Positions 23,544 through 34,307 of a stretch of 52,827 bases of DNA are shown one piece after another. Made by a program: the position numbers and the translations under genes. The stretch comes from an uncultured Muribaculaceae bacterium (lineage in GTDB: Bacteria > Pseudomonadota > Alphaproteobacteria > Rs-D84): assembly GCA_964587855.1 (NCBI GenBank), contig CAZPLT010000004.1, positions 1-52,827 of the forward strand, read 5' to 3'. The notes under the pieces were generated by a model. It ran no database searches. It saw only the letters and a program-made list of their open reading frames with translations, and had not been told where the DNA came from. Position 1 is the stretch's first letter. Each line of letters opens with the position of its first letter.

Positions 23544-26500
23544 ATGGCTGTTATCCAAAAATTCAGAAGATCTTTCGGAAAAGGTTTTTTGAAAACACCC
23601 TTGCGTGATTTGGTTGAAATTCAATATGATTCTTATAAAGATTTTTTACAAGAAAATGTTGCCCCCAGTGCGCGCCGTAATGTCGGATTACAAAATGTTT
23701 TCAAATCCGCATTCCCAATTAAAGATTATGCAGGTGTTGCTGATCTGGAATTCGTAGAATATACTTTGGACAAGCCACAATATAATGTTAAAGAATGCAT
23801 GTTGCGTAACATGACATACAGCACCAGATTAAAATTGAAATTGAAATTGATAATCTGGGATGTTGCTGAAAATGGCAAAAAAACTTTGCGTGATATCAAA
23901 GACCAAGAAATATTTATGGGCGAAGTTCCATTGATGACAGAACGCGGAACCTTTGTTTCGTCTGGTGTTGAACGTGTTGTAGTATCACAAATGCATCGCG
24001 CCCAGGGTGTTGTTTTTGGTTTGACCAAAGAAGCGAAAGCAACTGATGCAACAAATGCAACATATACTGCACGTATTATTCCAGAACGCGGATCTTGGAT
24101 TGATTTTGAAGAAGCCAAGGGTATTATTTATGCACGTATTGATCGTAAACGTAAAATCCCAGCAAGTGTTATTTTGCGTTCTTTGCCAACAGCAAGCGAT
24201 GAAAAAAAGTTCGAAGCAGATCCACGCCGTGCATCTGTTGCTGGTATGACTGATACAGAAATATTGTCAGAATTTTATAAAAAAATATCTTTATCTTTAG
24301 ATGGAAATTTCTGGGTTGGTAAAACTGCAGATTTTGCTGGATTGGGTAACTTCCGTTTAAATTATGATTTGTTAGATGTAAAATCTCATAAACCCATTGT
24401 CGAAAAAGGCGAACGTATGACTGCCAAGAAATGGGAAAAATTATTTGCGTCTTATAAAGAATTTGCAATTGCTAAAGATGCTATAGTTAATGAATATTTA
24501 TTTGATGCAGTAAAACAAAACGACGAAGTATTATTCCCATCAGCTGCTGAAATAACAGAAGAAGTTCTGGCGGATTTTGAAAAACTTGGTGTTAAAAACA
24601 TATCTTTGATTTCTATAGATAATATGTTCTATGGCGCACATATCAGAAATACTTTGGCGGCAGATAAAACAACAAATCGCGAAGAAGCGATGATTGAAAT
24701 TTATAATGTTATTCGTCCGGGTGAACGTCCAACAGCCGAAGCGGCCGCAACATTATTTGCTCATCAAGGTTTTGATCCTGCTTATTATGATTTATCAGCA
24801 GTTGGTCGTTTCAAAATGAACAAACGTTTGAAAATTGATTCTGGTAAAAAACCTGAAGATGAAAGATTATTAAGCAAGCAAGATTTTCTGGCGACATTAA
24901 AAACTTTGGCGAACATTATTGATCGCAAAGATGTAATTGATGATATTGATAATTTATCTAATCGTCGTGTCAGAACAGTTGGTGAATTACTGGAACAACA
25001 ATTCCGTATTGGTATGGCACGTATTGAAAGATTGGTTCGTGAACATTTGGCATCACCAAACATTGCAACTATGAAACCCCAAGATGTAATTAATGTAAAA
25101 CCATTGACAGCATTGATTGCAGAATTTTTTGGAACATCACAATTATCACAATTTATGGATGCTTACAATCCATTAGCTGAATTGGAACACAAACGTTTGA
25201 TTTCTGCAATGGGACCAGGGGGACTTAATCGTGATCGTGCCGGAATTGATGTTCGTGACGTTCATCCAACACATTATGGTCGCTTGTGCCCAATACACAC
25301 GCCCGAAGGTGCGAATATTGGTTTGATAAACCATTTGGCGTCTTATGCACGTGTGAATCCTTACGGCTTTATTGAAACTCCATACTATGTTGTTAAAAAT
25401 GGAAAAATTACAGAAGATATTGTTTATCTGACTGCAGACGAAGAAACGGGACATCGTATTGCTCAGGGTAATACAGTTGCTAATTCAGACGGTAAAATTT
25501 CTGAAGAAGTTGTGACCGCTCGTATTGATGGGGAATTTTTGAAAATTCCACGTGAAGAAATTGATTTAATTGACGTTGCGCCACGTCAGGTTGTTTCTAT
25601 TGCTCCAGGCTTGATACCATTTATTGAAAATGACGACGCTAACCGTGCGTTGATGGGATCAAATATGCAACGCCAAGCAATTCCACTTATGCGTGTTGAT
25701 GCACCTATGATTGGAACGGGAATAGAACGTGAAGTTGCACGTGATTCCAGAACTGGAAAAATTGCAAAGCATAGTGGTGTTGTTGAGTCTGTTGATGCAA
25801 ATCGTATCGTTGTTAAATGTATGAACAGCCGCAATGTTGTTATGGGTGTTGATATTTATAATTTGGAAAAGTTCCAAAAATCAAACTCGGAAACAATGAT
25901 ACATCAAAAACCATTGGTAAAGGTTGGAGATCGTATTTCAGCAGGTGACATTATTGCTGATGGTGCCAGCATGAGCTATGGTGAACTTGCACTGGGTAAG
26001 AATGTGTTGATTGCATTCGTGCCTTGGCGCGGATATAACTATGAAGACTCTATCGTTATTTCTGAAAAGATTTCACGCGAAGATGTATTCACCAGTATTA
26101 AAATTGTTGAAAAAGAATTCAAAGCTCGTGATACACAACTGGGCCCAGAAAGCTTTACCAGGGACATTCCAAACGTTGGTGAAGAAGCGCTGAAAAATCT
26201 GGACGAATCTGGAATTATCTATATCGGTAGCCATGTGAAACAGGGTGATATTTTGGTTGGACGTGTTTCTCCTAAATCGGAAAGCTTGTTGACTCCAGAA
26301 GAATCATTGTTGCGCAGCATCTTTGGTGAAAAAGCATTATCTGTCAAAGACACATCTTTGCGTGTTGGTGCAAACGAAGAAGGTGTTGTTATAGGTGTTA
26401 ACATCTTGACACGTCACGGCGTGAAAAAAGATGAACGTACACAGATGATAGAATTACAAAAGATAGAAAAAATAAACGAAGATCGCGATGAAGAAATTTC

Positions 26501-27683
26501 AATTTTGGAACGAGGATTCGCAGCCCAAGTATTTCAAATCGCTGAAAATATGGTTATAGAGAGCGGGACCGGCAGCATAAAACCATTCATTGGTAAAAAA
26601 TTGTCCGAAGAAGTATTCGAAGCAATTCGCCCATCTGATATGAAAAAGATTCAAGTTCGTGGTAAAGACGCCATGGAAAAAATCGAAGAATTGCGTGAAC
26701 AACATGCGATCATTCTGAAAGATTTGAATGAAAAAGCAGATAACGAAGTTGTACGTGCAACTGAAAGCAATTCTTTGAATGCAGGTGTATTGAAAGAGGT
26801 CAAAGTTTACATTGCACATAAAATGAAACTGCAGCCTGGTGATAAAATGGCTGGACGTCATGGAAACAAGGGTATCGTTTCCAAAGTTGTTCCAATCGAA
26901 GATATGCCATATATGGAAGATGGAACCCCTGTTGATATCGTACTGAATCCTTTGGGTGTTCCCAGCCGTATGAACGTCGGTCAGGTGCTGGAGGTTCACT
27001 TGGGTATGGCCGGACGTGAATTGGGCAAGCAAATTGGTGAAATGCTGGAAGAGGTTAAGGCAAAACGTGCCGTAACAGACGATCTGCGTTCTATGATGAT
27101 TAAATTCTGTGGTAAAGAAATTGCACCACAAATTGAAAAAATGACAGACACAGATGTTCGCGCCCAAGCAGCCCTGTTGCGTAAAGGTGTAACGATGGCG
27201 ACCCCAACATTTGACGGTGCTACACCAGAAGATATTAAGAAAATGCTTAAACTTGCAAAATTACCGGAAAGCGGTCAATTCACTTTGTATGACGGAATGA
27301 CTGGTGAAAAATTTGCACGTCCTGTAACAGTCGGTGTTATGCATATGTTGAAATTGCATCACTTGGTGGATGAAAAAATCCATGCACGTTCAATCGGCAA
27401 TTATTCGTTAGTAACGCAACAACCTTTGTCTGGTAAAGCACACAATGGTGGTCAGCGTTTGGGTGAAATGGAAGTGTGGGCACTTGAAGCACATGGCGCA
27501 TCTCATTTAATCAAAGAAATGTTGACCGTTAAATCGGACGATATTGCTGGAAGAAACAAGATGTATGAAACCATTATAAATGGAAGCTATGACATACAAA
27601 CTGGTACACCAGAAGCGTTTAATGTTTTGACACGTGAACTTCGTGGACTTGGTCTTGCGATGACACCAAAAAAATTGGATTAA
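23544..27683 (+). CDS. rpoB: DNA-directed RNA polymerase subunit beta
   Basis: 1379 aa with conserved blocks (GTSQLSQFMD, NPLAELEHKRLISAMGPGGL, GRHGNKGIVSKV, GGQRLGEMEVWALEAHGA). Confidence 0.98.
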   Translation: MAVIQKFRRSFGKGFLKTPLRDLVEIQYDSYKDFLQENVAPSARRNVGLQNVFKSAFPIKDYAGVADLEFVEYTLDKPQYNVKECMLRNMTYSTRLKLKLKLIIWDVAENGKKTLRDIKDQEIFMGEVPLMTERGTFVSSGVERVVVSQMHRAQGVVFGLTKEAKATDATNATYTARIIPERGSWIDFEEAKGIIYARIDRKRKIPASVILRSLPTASDEKKFEADPRRASVAGMTDTEILSEFYKKISLSLDGNFWVGKTADFAGLGNFRLNYDLLDVKSHKPIVEKGERMTAKKWEKLFASYKEFAIAKDAIVNEYLFDAVKQNDEVLFPSAAEITEEVLADFEKLGVKNISLISIDNMFYGAHIRNTLAADKTTNREEAMIEIYNVIRPGERPTAEAAATLFAHQGFDPAYYDLSAVGRFKMNKRLKIDSGKKPEDERLLSKQDFLATLKTLANIIDRKDVIDDIDNLSNRRVRTVGELLEQQFRIGMARIERLVREHLASPNIATMKPQDVINVKPLTALIAEFFGTSQLSQFMDAYNPLAELEHKRLISAMGPGGLNRDRAGIDVRDVHPTHYGRLCPIHTPEGANIGLINHLASYARVNPYGFIETPYYVVKNGKITEDIVYLTADEETGHRIAQGNTVANSDGKISEEVVTARIDGEFLKIPREEIDLIDVAPRQVVSIAPGLIPFIENDDANRALMGSNMQRQAIPLMRVDAPMIGTGIEREVARDSRTGKIAKHSGVVESVDANRIVVKCMNSRNVVMGVDIYNLEKFQKSNSETMIHQKPLVKVGDRISAGDIIADGASMSYGELALGKNVLIAFVPWRGYNYEDSIVISEKISREDVFTSIKIVEKEFKARDTQLGPESFTRDIPNVGEEALKNLDESGIIYIGSHVKQGDILVGRVSPKSESLLTPEESLLRSIFGEKALSVKDTSLRVGANEEGVVIGVNILTRHGVKKDERTQMIELQKIEKINEDRDEEISILERGFAAQVFQIAENMVIESGTGSIKPFIGKKLSEEVFEAIRPSDMKKIQVRGKDAMEKIEELREQHAIILKDLNEKADNEVVRATESNSLNAGVLKEVKVYIAHKMKLQPGDKMAGRHGNKGIVSKVVPIEDMPYMEDGTPVDIVLNPLGVPSRMNVGQVLEVHLGMAGRELGKQIGEMLEEVKAKRAVTDDLRSMMIKFCGKEIAPQIEKMTDTDVRAQAALLRKGVTMATPTFDGATPEDIKKMLKLAKLPESGQFTLYDGMTGEKFARPVTVGVMHMLKLHHLVDEKIHARSIGNYSLVTQQPLSGKAHNGGQRLGEMEVWALEAHGASHLIKEMLTVKSDDIAGRNKMYETIINGSYDIQTGTPEAFNVLTRELRGLGLAMTPKKLD

Positions 27684-27751
27684 TTATTGTTAAAAAGATT
27701 GAGAAAAGGGAAATGTTTTTACAAATCCTGGATTTCTAATAAGGAGCAAAA

Positions 27752-30700
27752 ATGACAAACATGCTGCAAAAAATCTTTGGTCAAATTGAAACAAAAGAAC
27801 AATTTGACGCATTGCAAATAAAAATCGCATCACCAGAAGAAATTCTGTCATGGTCTCATGGTGAAGTTAAAAAGCCTGAAACGATAAACTATCATTCGTT
27901 AAAGCCAGAATTTGATGGATTGTTCTGTCAGCAGATTTTTGGTCCCAGCAAAGATTATGAATGTGCATGTGGTAAATACAAACGCGTTAAATTCCGTGGT
28001 GTAATTTGCGAACGTTGCGGTGTCGAAGTTGGATCTTCCAGTGTTCGTCGTGAACGTATGGGCCATATTAAATTGGCCACACCTGTTTCCCATTTTTGGT
28101 TTATGCGCGAAGGTAAAATTGCAACCTTGCTTAACAATATGCCTCAGAAAAAATTAGAACAAGTTATTTATTATGATGCATATGTTGTAACTGAACCGGG
28201 ACTTACAAAACTTAAATTGTATGATGTAATTTCTGAAGATGCATATCAAGAAGCCTTGACCGAATTTGGTGAAGGTTCTTTCCATGTTGGTATTGGTGCG
28301 GATGGTGTTCGCAGTGTTATTGCAAACTTGGATATGGGTGATGAAAGAACACGTTTGCGTGCAGAATTAGCAGATACAAAATCCGAAGCAAAACGCAAAG
28401 GTTTAATAAAACATTTGAAACTGGTAGAAGCATTCATGGAATCAAAAACAGAACCAGCATGGATGTTGCCAGATGTTCTGCCGGTTATTCCACCAGATAT
28501 GCGTCCATTGGTTCCGTTAGAGGCTGGACACGTTGCAGCATCTGATTTGAATGATTTGTATCGTCGTGTGATTATCCGTAACAATCGTTTGAAGAAATTG
28601 ATGGATTTACGTGCACCTGAAATTATCGTACGTAATGAAAAACGTATGTTGCAAGAAGCAGTAGATGCTTTGTTCGATAACGGACATAAAAGCCGCCCAT
28701 TGGTTTCACAAAATCGTCAAAAATTAAAATCTTTGTCGGATTCGTTGCTTGGAAAACAGGGTCGTTTCCGTATGAACATGTTGGGTAAGCGTGTTGATTA
28801 TTCGGGCCGTAGTGTTATCGTGTCTGGTCCCAGCTTGAAATTACATCAGGTTGGTTTGCCAAAAACAATGGCATTAGAATTGTTTAAACCATTTGTTTAT
28901 TCGCGTTTACTGGCTGGTGATTATGCAAATACTTTGAAGACTGCAAGAAAGATGGTTGAAGCAGATGAAGCAATTGTATGGGATATTTTGGAAAAAGTTA
29001 TTTATCAACATCCTGTATTGTTAAACCGTGCACCAACATTGCATCGTCTTGGTATGTTGGCATTTGAACCAATCTTGATAGAAGGTAAAGCAATTCGTTT
29101 ACATCCATTGGTTTGTAAGGGATTTAATGCTGACTTTGACGGTGACCAAATGTCCGTCTATGTTCCAATTTCATTAGAAGCTCAATTAGAAGCACGTACT
29201 TTGATGTTATCATCAAATAATGTTTTGTTACCGGCTAATGGTGAACCAGTAATTGTTCCATCACAAGACATGGTTTTGGGAGTTTACTATTTATCATTGG
29301 TTAATGGCGAACATACCGAAAAGTCTCCACGTTTTGCATCTATGGATGAAATTTATATGGCATTGGAAGCAAAAGCAATCACTTTGCATACACCGATTAT
29401 TACTCGTTATCATGCATTCGAAGGAACAAAAACAGTTAAAACAACTGCGGGTCGTATGATATTGGGTGAATTATTGCCAAAGAAACCAAATATGCCATTT
29501 GATTTAGTAAATCAAGAAATGCCAGTTGGAAAAATTAAATCTTTGTTATCTATAACTTATGATCGTTGTGGCGATAAAGATATGATTTTATTGGCAGATA
29601 ATTTGAAAAATACTGGTTTTGAACAGGCTGCACGCAGTGGAATTTCCATTGGGTTTGACGACATTAAAATTCCAGAAGAAAAACAAGAAATTATTGCAAC
29701 CGCAAATAAACATACCGAAGAAATCGAAACACAATATCAAAACGGTTTGATTTCCAGAAAAGAAAAATATAATAAAATCGTCGATATGTGGCATGGGGTT
29801 ACAAACAGATTGGCGGATCTTGCGTTCTCTAATTTACGTAAGTCTGAGGGCGATAACTGGAACAGCATTTCAATGATGCAAGCATCTGGTGCCCGCGGAT
29901 CCAAAGCCCAGATTCAACAGTTGGCAGCAATGCGTGGAATGATGATGAAACCAGACGGTTCTATTATAGAGGTTCCAATTATTTCGAACTTTAAAGAAGG
30001 TTTATCTATGTCGGAATACTTTAACAGTACCCACGGTGCTCGCAAAGGTTTGTCTGACACTGCGTTGAAAACCGCTAATGCTGGTTATTTGACCCGCAGA
30101 ATGGTTGTCTTGGCTCAGAACACATTTATTACAGAACATGATTGCGGAACAGAAGAATCTATTACAGCAAAACCTGTATTTGATGGATCTGTTTTATCAA
30201 TATCACTTGGTGATGTTGTTGTTGGTCGTACTGCTGCCCAAGATGTTATCAATCCTGGTACTGGCGAATTAATCGTTAAGAAAGGCGATTTGATTAACAA
30301 AGTAGACGCAAAGAAAATCAATGATTCTGGTTTGGCCAGTATTGAAATTCGCAGCGTTTTGACATGTAAATCAAACGGCTTGTGTGCAAAATGTTATGGT
30401 ATGGATTTGTCTCGCGGAACATTGGTTCATGTTGGCGAAGCTGTCGGCGTTATTGCTGGACAATCAATTGGTGAACCTGGAACTCAGTTGACATTGCGTA
30501 CCTTCCACGTTGGTGGAATTGCATCTGGCGACAGTGGCAGCAACTTTGTAGAAGCACCAATGAGTGGCAATGTAAAAGTAATAGATGCAGATTTGGTTAC
30601 TAACAGTGCTGGTAAAATGATTGTTGTTTCTCGTAACGCAAAAGTTGCAGTTACAGATGCCAAGGGCAATCAATTATTTACCGCTAAATTACCTTACGCA

Positions 30701-31876
30701 TCATGGCTGATTGTAAAAGACGGCATGAATGTTGAAAAAGGCACCAAGATTGCTGAATGGGATGCATACTCTAATTTGATTATTGCTGAAAAAGACGGAA
30801 AGATTGCACTTGCTGATATGATTGAAAATATTTCATTCACAGAAAATGTTGATCCAATGACCGGTATTACCAGCCGTAAAATCTTGAATTGGAAAAATCA
30901 AACCAAGAAAGCTTTGCAACCAAAAATCTTGCTTTTGGATAACAAAGGCGAAATTATTTCGTTGGGCGGTAGAAAACATGCCGAATATATGTTACCGATG
31001 TATTCAATAATGAATGTATCCGAAGGCCAAGAAGTCAAGGCTGGTGATGTTTTGGCACGTATACCAAAAGAAACCAAGAAAGCGGCCGACATTACTGGTG
31101 GTTTGCCACGTATTAACGAATTGTTAGAAGTGCGCCAACCAAAGAATCCAGCAATATTAGCAGAAATAGATGGTGAAATCGAAATAGAAGATACCGGCAA
31201 AAATAAAATTGTTGTCCGTATCGTTCCAACAGATGGTACACCAGTAGAATATATGATTCCAAAGGGTGAACCATTATTGGTTCGCAGCGGCGATATTGTA
31301 AAGAAAGCCGATATGTTGGTCAGTGGTGATCCAGTTGCTCAAGACATCTTGCGTATTTTGGGTCAGAAAGCATTGGCTACATTTATGGTAAATCAAATCC
31401 AACAGGTTTATCGCTTGCAGGGTGTGGTTATTAACAATAAACACATTGAAATTTTGATACGTGAAATGACCAGACGTGTAGAAGTTTCAGAACCAGGTGA
31501 TACCCAGTTTTTGATGGGACAGGTTGTTGATCGTGTTGATTTTGAAGAAGAAAACGAACGTGTTGCACGTGACAATGGTCGCCAGGCAGTTGCCAGCCAA
31601 ATCTTGGTTGGACTTACTCGCGCCAGCTTGACCAGCCGTTCATTTATCTCTAATGCGGCGTTCCAACAAACAACCAAAATTTTGGTGGATGCGGCTATAA
31701 ACGGCGCAACTGATAAATTAGCCGGTATCAATGAAAACTTGATAGTTGGACGTTTGATTCCGGTTGGAACTGGCTCTTATGTTCAACGTGTTCGCGAAAT
31801 CGCCAAGGAAGAAGAACGCCAAGAAAAATTGGCGAACGAAAAAGCTGGCGGCGAACAGCAAATGTTGGGAATATAA
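27752..31876 (+). CDS. rpoC: DNA-directed RNA polymerase subunit beta'
   Basis: 1374 aa. Zn finger CACGKYKRVKFRGVICERCGVEV, catalytic NADFDGDQM and other conserved blocks. RBS AAGGAG. Confidence 0.98.
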   Translation: MTNMLQKIFGQIETKEQFDALQIKIASPEEILSWSHGEVKKPETINYHSLKPEFDGLFCQQIFGPSKDYECACGKYKRVKFRGVICERCGVEVGSSSVRRERMGHIKLATPVSHFWFMREGKIATLLNNMPQKKLEQVIYYDAYVVTEPGLTKLKLYDVISEDAYQEALTEFGEGSFHVGIGADGVRSVIANLDMGDERTRLRAELADTKSEAKRKGLIKHLKLVEAFMESKTEPAWMLPDVLPVIPPDMRPLVPLEAGHVAASDLNDLYRRVIIRNNRLKKLMDLRAPEIIVRNEKRMLQEAVDALFDNGHKSRPLVSQNRQKLKSLSDSLLGKQGRFRMNMLGKRVDYSGRSVIVSGPSLKLHQVGLPKTMALELFKPFVYSRLLAGDYANTLKTARKMVEADEAIVWDILEKVIYQHPVLLNRAPTLHRLGMLAFEPILIEGKAIRLHPLVCKGFNADFDGDQMSVYVPISLEAQLEARTLMLSSNNVLLPANGEPVIVPSQDMVLGVYYLSLVNGEHTEKSPRFASMDEIYMALEAKAITLHTPIITRYHAFEGTKTVKTTAGRMILGELLPKKPNMPFDLVNQEMPVGKIKSLLSITYDRCGDKDMILLADNLKNTGFEQAARSGISIGFDDIKIPEEKQEIIATANKHTEEIETQYQNGLISRKEKYNKIVDMWHGVTNRLADLAFSNLRKSEGDNWNSISMMQASGARGSKAQIQQLAAMRGMMMKPDGSIIEVPIISNFKEGLSMSEYFNSTHGARKGLSDTALKTANAGYLTRRMVVLAQNTFITEHDCGTEESITAKPVFDGSVLSISLGDVVVGRTAAQDVINPGTGELIVKKGDLINKVDAKKINDSGLASIEIRSVLTCKSNGLCAKCYGMDLSRGTLVHVGEAVGVIAGQSIGEPGTQLTLRTFHVGGIASGDSGSNFVEAPMSGNVKVIDADLVTNSAGKMIVVSRNAKVAVTDAKGNQLFTAKLPYASWLIVKDGMNVEKGTKIAEWDAYSNLIIAEKDGKIALADMIENISFTENVDPMTGITSRKILNWKNQTKKALQPKILLLDNKGEIISLGGRKHAEYMLPMYSIMNVSEGQEVKAGDVLARIPKETKKAADITGGLPRINELLEVRQPKNPAILAEIDGEIEIEDTGKNKIVVRIVPTDGTPVEYMIPKGEPLLVRSGDIVKKADMLVSGDPVAQDILRILGQKALATFMVNQIQQVYRLQGVVINNKHIEILIREMTRRVEVSEPGDTQFLMGQVVDRVDFEEENERVARDNGRQAVASQILVGLTRASLTSRSFISNAAFQQTTKILVDAAINGATDKLAGINENLIVGRLIPVGTGSYVQRVREIAKEEERQEKLANEKAGGEQQMLGI

Positions 31877-31898
31877 TAAAAATATCAAAAATAAAAAA

Positions 31899-31922
31899 AC
31901 GACGCGATATGCGTCGTTTTTT
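31899..31922 (+). terminator. rho-independent terminator after rpoC (first of two)
   Basis: ACGACGC-GATAT-GCGTCGT followed by TTTTTT. Confidence 0.75.
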
Positions 31923-31942
31923 ATTTGATAAAATACAAGCAT

Positions 31943-31964
31943 ACCGCGCCATAGCGCGGTTTTT
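31943..31964 (+). terminator. second tandem terminator after rpoC
   Basis: ACCGCGC-CATA-GCGCGGT followed by TTTT. Confidence 0.6.
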
Positions 31965-32082
31965 GTATATACGATTGTATTTTAAAAATAGGCAAAACAA
32001 TAAAAATAATTTTTAAAAATATAACAAATGATTCGTAAAACTGGCGGATTTCTGGCAAAACTGAAGATTGTTAAAAATCCTC

Positions 32083-32112
32083 TTGACGGCCGAATCGATT
32101 TTGTTCTATGAT
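32083..32112 (+). promoter_or_regulatory. sigma70-like promoter (TTGACG-18-TATGAT)
   Basis: Hexamers read directly. It lies about 70 nt upstream of the GTG start at 32181. Confidence 0.4.
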
Positions 32113-32180
32113 TCGTGTATAGGCAAGGGTATAGGCGACAAAAGTAGCTGAAAACCGGGAAAAAATCAAAGGAGGGCGAT

Positions 32181-32510
32181 GTGCCAAAAAATATCAAAGA
32201 GATAATGGTGGCGCTGGATAGCGTTCTTACAACAACAGTTTGGGTTAACGGTGATCGTCAAATTGTTTCGCTGGCGGATGAATTGCATATTGGTGCGGGA
32301 AATGCTCCACGCAGCATCGAAGATTTATCACGGGCATCTTTGGTTGGCGCATACGTTTCACTGCAAATTCGCATGGATAATTTTGATGTTGCAGCAGAAA
32401 GCCTGGAAACTGAAGTTTTGTCTTGTAAAGTTAAAGAAATGGTTTTTGCCGAGGCCAAGAAAGTTATGGATGCATCAGAAACAGAAGAAGATGTAGCGTT
32501 GGCAGCATAG
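32181..32510 (+). CDS. hypothetical protein (109 aa, acidic C-terminus)
   Basis: A monocistronic-looking unit with its own promoter-like element, RBS AAAGGAGGG and a strong terminator. Noticeably more GC-rich than its neighbours. No family recognised. Confidence 0.55.
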   Translation: MPKNIKEIMVALDSVLTTTVWVNGDRQIVSLADELHIGAGNAPRSIEDLSRASLVGAYVSLQIRMDNFDVAAESLETEVLSCKVKEMVFAEAKKVMDASETEEDVALAA

Positions 32511-32545
32511 TTATAAAGATTCCGGTATCCGGAAGGAAGGGAGAG

Positions 32546-32575
32546 ATCGCGGGGATTTATATCCCCGCGATTTTT
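32546..32575 (+). terminator. rho-independent terminator
   Basis: ATCGCGGGGAT-TTAT-ATCCCCGCGAT followed by TTTTT. Confidence 0.75.
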
Positions 32576-32588
32576 CATTTTTAAATAA

Positions 32589-33317
32589 TTAAACTTCCCA
32601 ATAAATGTTTTCTTTGACTATTTTTGCAGGATTTCCCGCAATTACAATGTTTGATTTTTCATATTTTTTATTTGCTACCACTGCATTTGCACCTATAACC
32701 GAATTTTCAGAAATAATGCAGCCTTTTAAAATAAGCGCTCCACTTGCCACCCAAACATGATTTTGCAAAATTACAGGTTTATTATTTTTTTCTCGATTAG
32801 TTTTTTGATAATTTTTATCGTAAATCAAATGTTCATCTGAAGTTCTTATTTCACATCCATATCCCAGCATACAATCATTCCCAATAATAATGTTTCCATT
32901 TGGGAAAGGTCTTAATTTAACCGGATTTCCAAATAAATCTTTACCTATTTTAACCATCGAGTTTTTACAATTCCAACCACCTATATCCAAACCATGAATT
33001 CTGTATTTTGTTGATTCTATAATTATATTCATATTTTCTATAACGTTAATTCGGCAACCTTTAAAATCAAATGGTTCATGGATTTCAATATAATTGCCAT
33101 TTCCTATAAATTTTATTCTTATTCCTTTTATTTTTTTGACTTTTATTTTTGTTCCATCGGTTTTTATTAGATAAATTTTATTATTTTTCAAACAACCATA
33201 TAATAAATAATTTCTAAGATTTTTTCTAAAATTATTAAATGGAATAAAACAGCATAATGTATTTGTTAAAAATTTTGATAATTTTAATTTTTTATTTTGA
33301 TTAATTTTAATAAACAT
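32589..33317 (-). CDS. hexapeptide-repeat (LbH) O-acetyltransferase, polysaccharide/sugar acetyltransferase-like
   Basis: The C-terminal half has left-handed beta-helix repeats (NHVWVASGALILKGCIISENSVIGANAVVAN...IAGNPAKIV). Very AT-rich. Confidence 0.75.
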   Translation of the reverse strand: MFIKINQNKKLKLSKFLTNTLCCFIPFNNFRKNLRNYLLYGCLKNNKIYLIKTDGTKIKVKKIKGIRIKFIGNGNYIEIHEPFDFKGCRINVIENMNIIIESTKYRIHGLDIGGWNCKNSMVKIGKDLFGNPVKLRPFPNGNIIIGNDCMLGYGCEIRTSDEHLIYDKNYQKTNREKNNKPVILQNHVWVASGALILKGCIISENSVIGANAVVANKKYEKSNIVIAGNPAKIVKENIYWEV

Positions 33318-33412
33318 TTCTAATCCACAGGTAGTATTAAATTATTTTTTTATTATTATATATTGATAGCAATTTGAGTTCAAGTAATTTTTGGTATCAA
33401 AATGTTATCAAG

Positions 33413-33661
33413 ATGAAAACTACCCCTAAAACTATTTTTGATTCAAGATATGACAAGTTGATAGAACGTATTGTGGAATTAAGGCATAAAAAAGCAATTA
33501 CTCAACGAACCTTGGCGTTAATGCTTGGGACTTCACATTGTTTTGTTGGCAGGACGGAAATTAAAGAACGCAGGTTGGATTTAATAGAGACTTTGGATTT
33601 AATGAAAGCATTGGGGCTTTCTAAAAAAGAAATTATAAAAGAGCTAGAAAAATTGATTTAA
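33413..33661 (+). CDS. XRE-family helix-turn-helix transcriptional regulator
   Basis: HTH_3 pattern ITQRTLALMLGTSHCFVGRTEIKERRLDLIETLDLMKALG. Divergent from the acetyltransferase. ATG 33413 is preferred over TTG 33374. Confidence 0.7.
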   Translation: MKTTPKTIFDSRYDKLIERIVELRHKKAITQRTLALMLGTSHCFVGRTEIKERRLDLIETLDLMKALGLSKKEIIKELEKLI

Positions 33662-33664
33662 AAA

Positions 33665-33686
33665 AATCGCCGCGGATGCGGCGATT
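33665..33686. terminator. bidirectional terminator between convergent XRE gene and rpmA
   Basis: AATCGCCGC-GGAT-GCGGCGATT, flanked by an A run upstream and T-rich sequence downstream. Confidence 0.7.
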
Positions 33687-33688
33687 TA

Positions 33689-33955
33689 TTATTTTGCAGT
33701 TTCTTCTGGCATGACCGAGACCGTTTTGCGATCTTGGGCACCACGCTTGAATACCACGCGTCCAGCTTTTGTTGCAAATATGGTATGGTCTTTGCCCATT
33801 CCAACGTTTGCTCCTGGATGAACCGTAGTTCCGCGTTGTCTGATAATGATGTTCCCAGAAATTACTTTCTGACCACCGCTTTTTTTAATGCCTAATCTGC
33901 GTCCGGCTGAATCGCGTCCGTTTGTTGACGCCGAGCCTGCTTTCTTGTGTGCCAT
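33689..33955 (-). CDS. rpmA: 50S ribosomal protein L27
   Basis: [29 protein letters not shown]. Confidence 0.97.
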   Translation of the reverse strand: MAHKKAGSASTNGRDSAGRRLGIKKSGGQKVISGNIIIRQRGTTVHPGANVGMGKDHTIFATKAGRVVFKRGAQDRKTVSVMPEETAK

Positions 33956-34004
33956 AATTTGCTCCTTTTTGGTCGCAAATAGTATAATCTTTTCAGATTA
34001 TAGA

Positions 34005-34307
34005 CTATCCCTTGATTTCCGTTATCTTTAATACAGTGATATTTTGACGATGACCCTTGGTGCGGCGATAGTTTTGACGACGTTTTTTCTTGAATACCAA
34101 GACTTTATCAGTTCGTTCTTGTGCCACAACATGGGCGGATACTTTTGCGCCCGAAACCAAAGGATTGCCGATTTTATCGCCAACCATCAGAACCTGGTCG
34201 AAATCAACCTTGTCGTCAGCTTTCAGCTTTTCCACTTTGACAGTGTCGCCTACTTTGACGCGGTATTGCTTTCCACCAGTTTGAAATATTGCATAAATTT
34301 CTGCCAT
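34005..34307 (-). CDS. rplU: 50S ribosomal protein L21
   Basis: [17 protein letters not shown]; rplU-rpmA order. Confidence 0.95.
   Translation of the reverse strand: MAEIYAIFQTGGKQYRVKVGDTVKVEKLKADDKVDFDQVLMVGDKIGNPLVSGAKVSAHVVAQERTDKVLVFKKKRRQNYRRTKGHRQNITVLKITEIKG

Noticed and set aside
26499-27167. 222-aa minus-strand ORF inside rpoB. Many similar 60-130-aa antisense ORFs occur in rpoB, rpoC, dnaX, bamA, nrdJ and the vir genes.
   Set aside because: All lie opposite strongly supported genes, have biased low-complexity compositions (Phe/Ile/Asn/Cys-rich) and lack start contexts. They are shadow ORFs.
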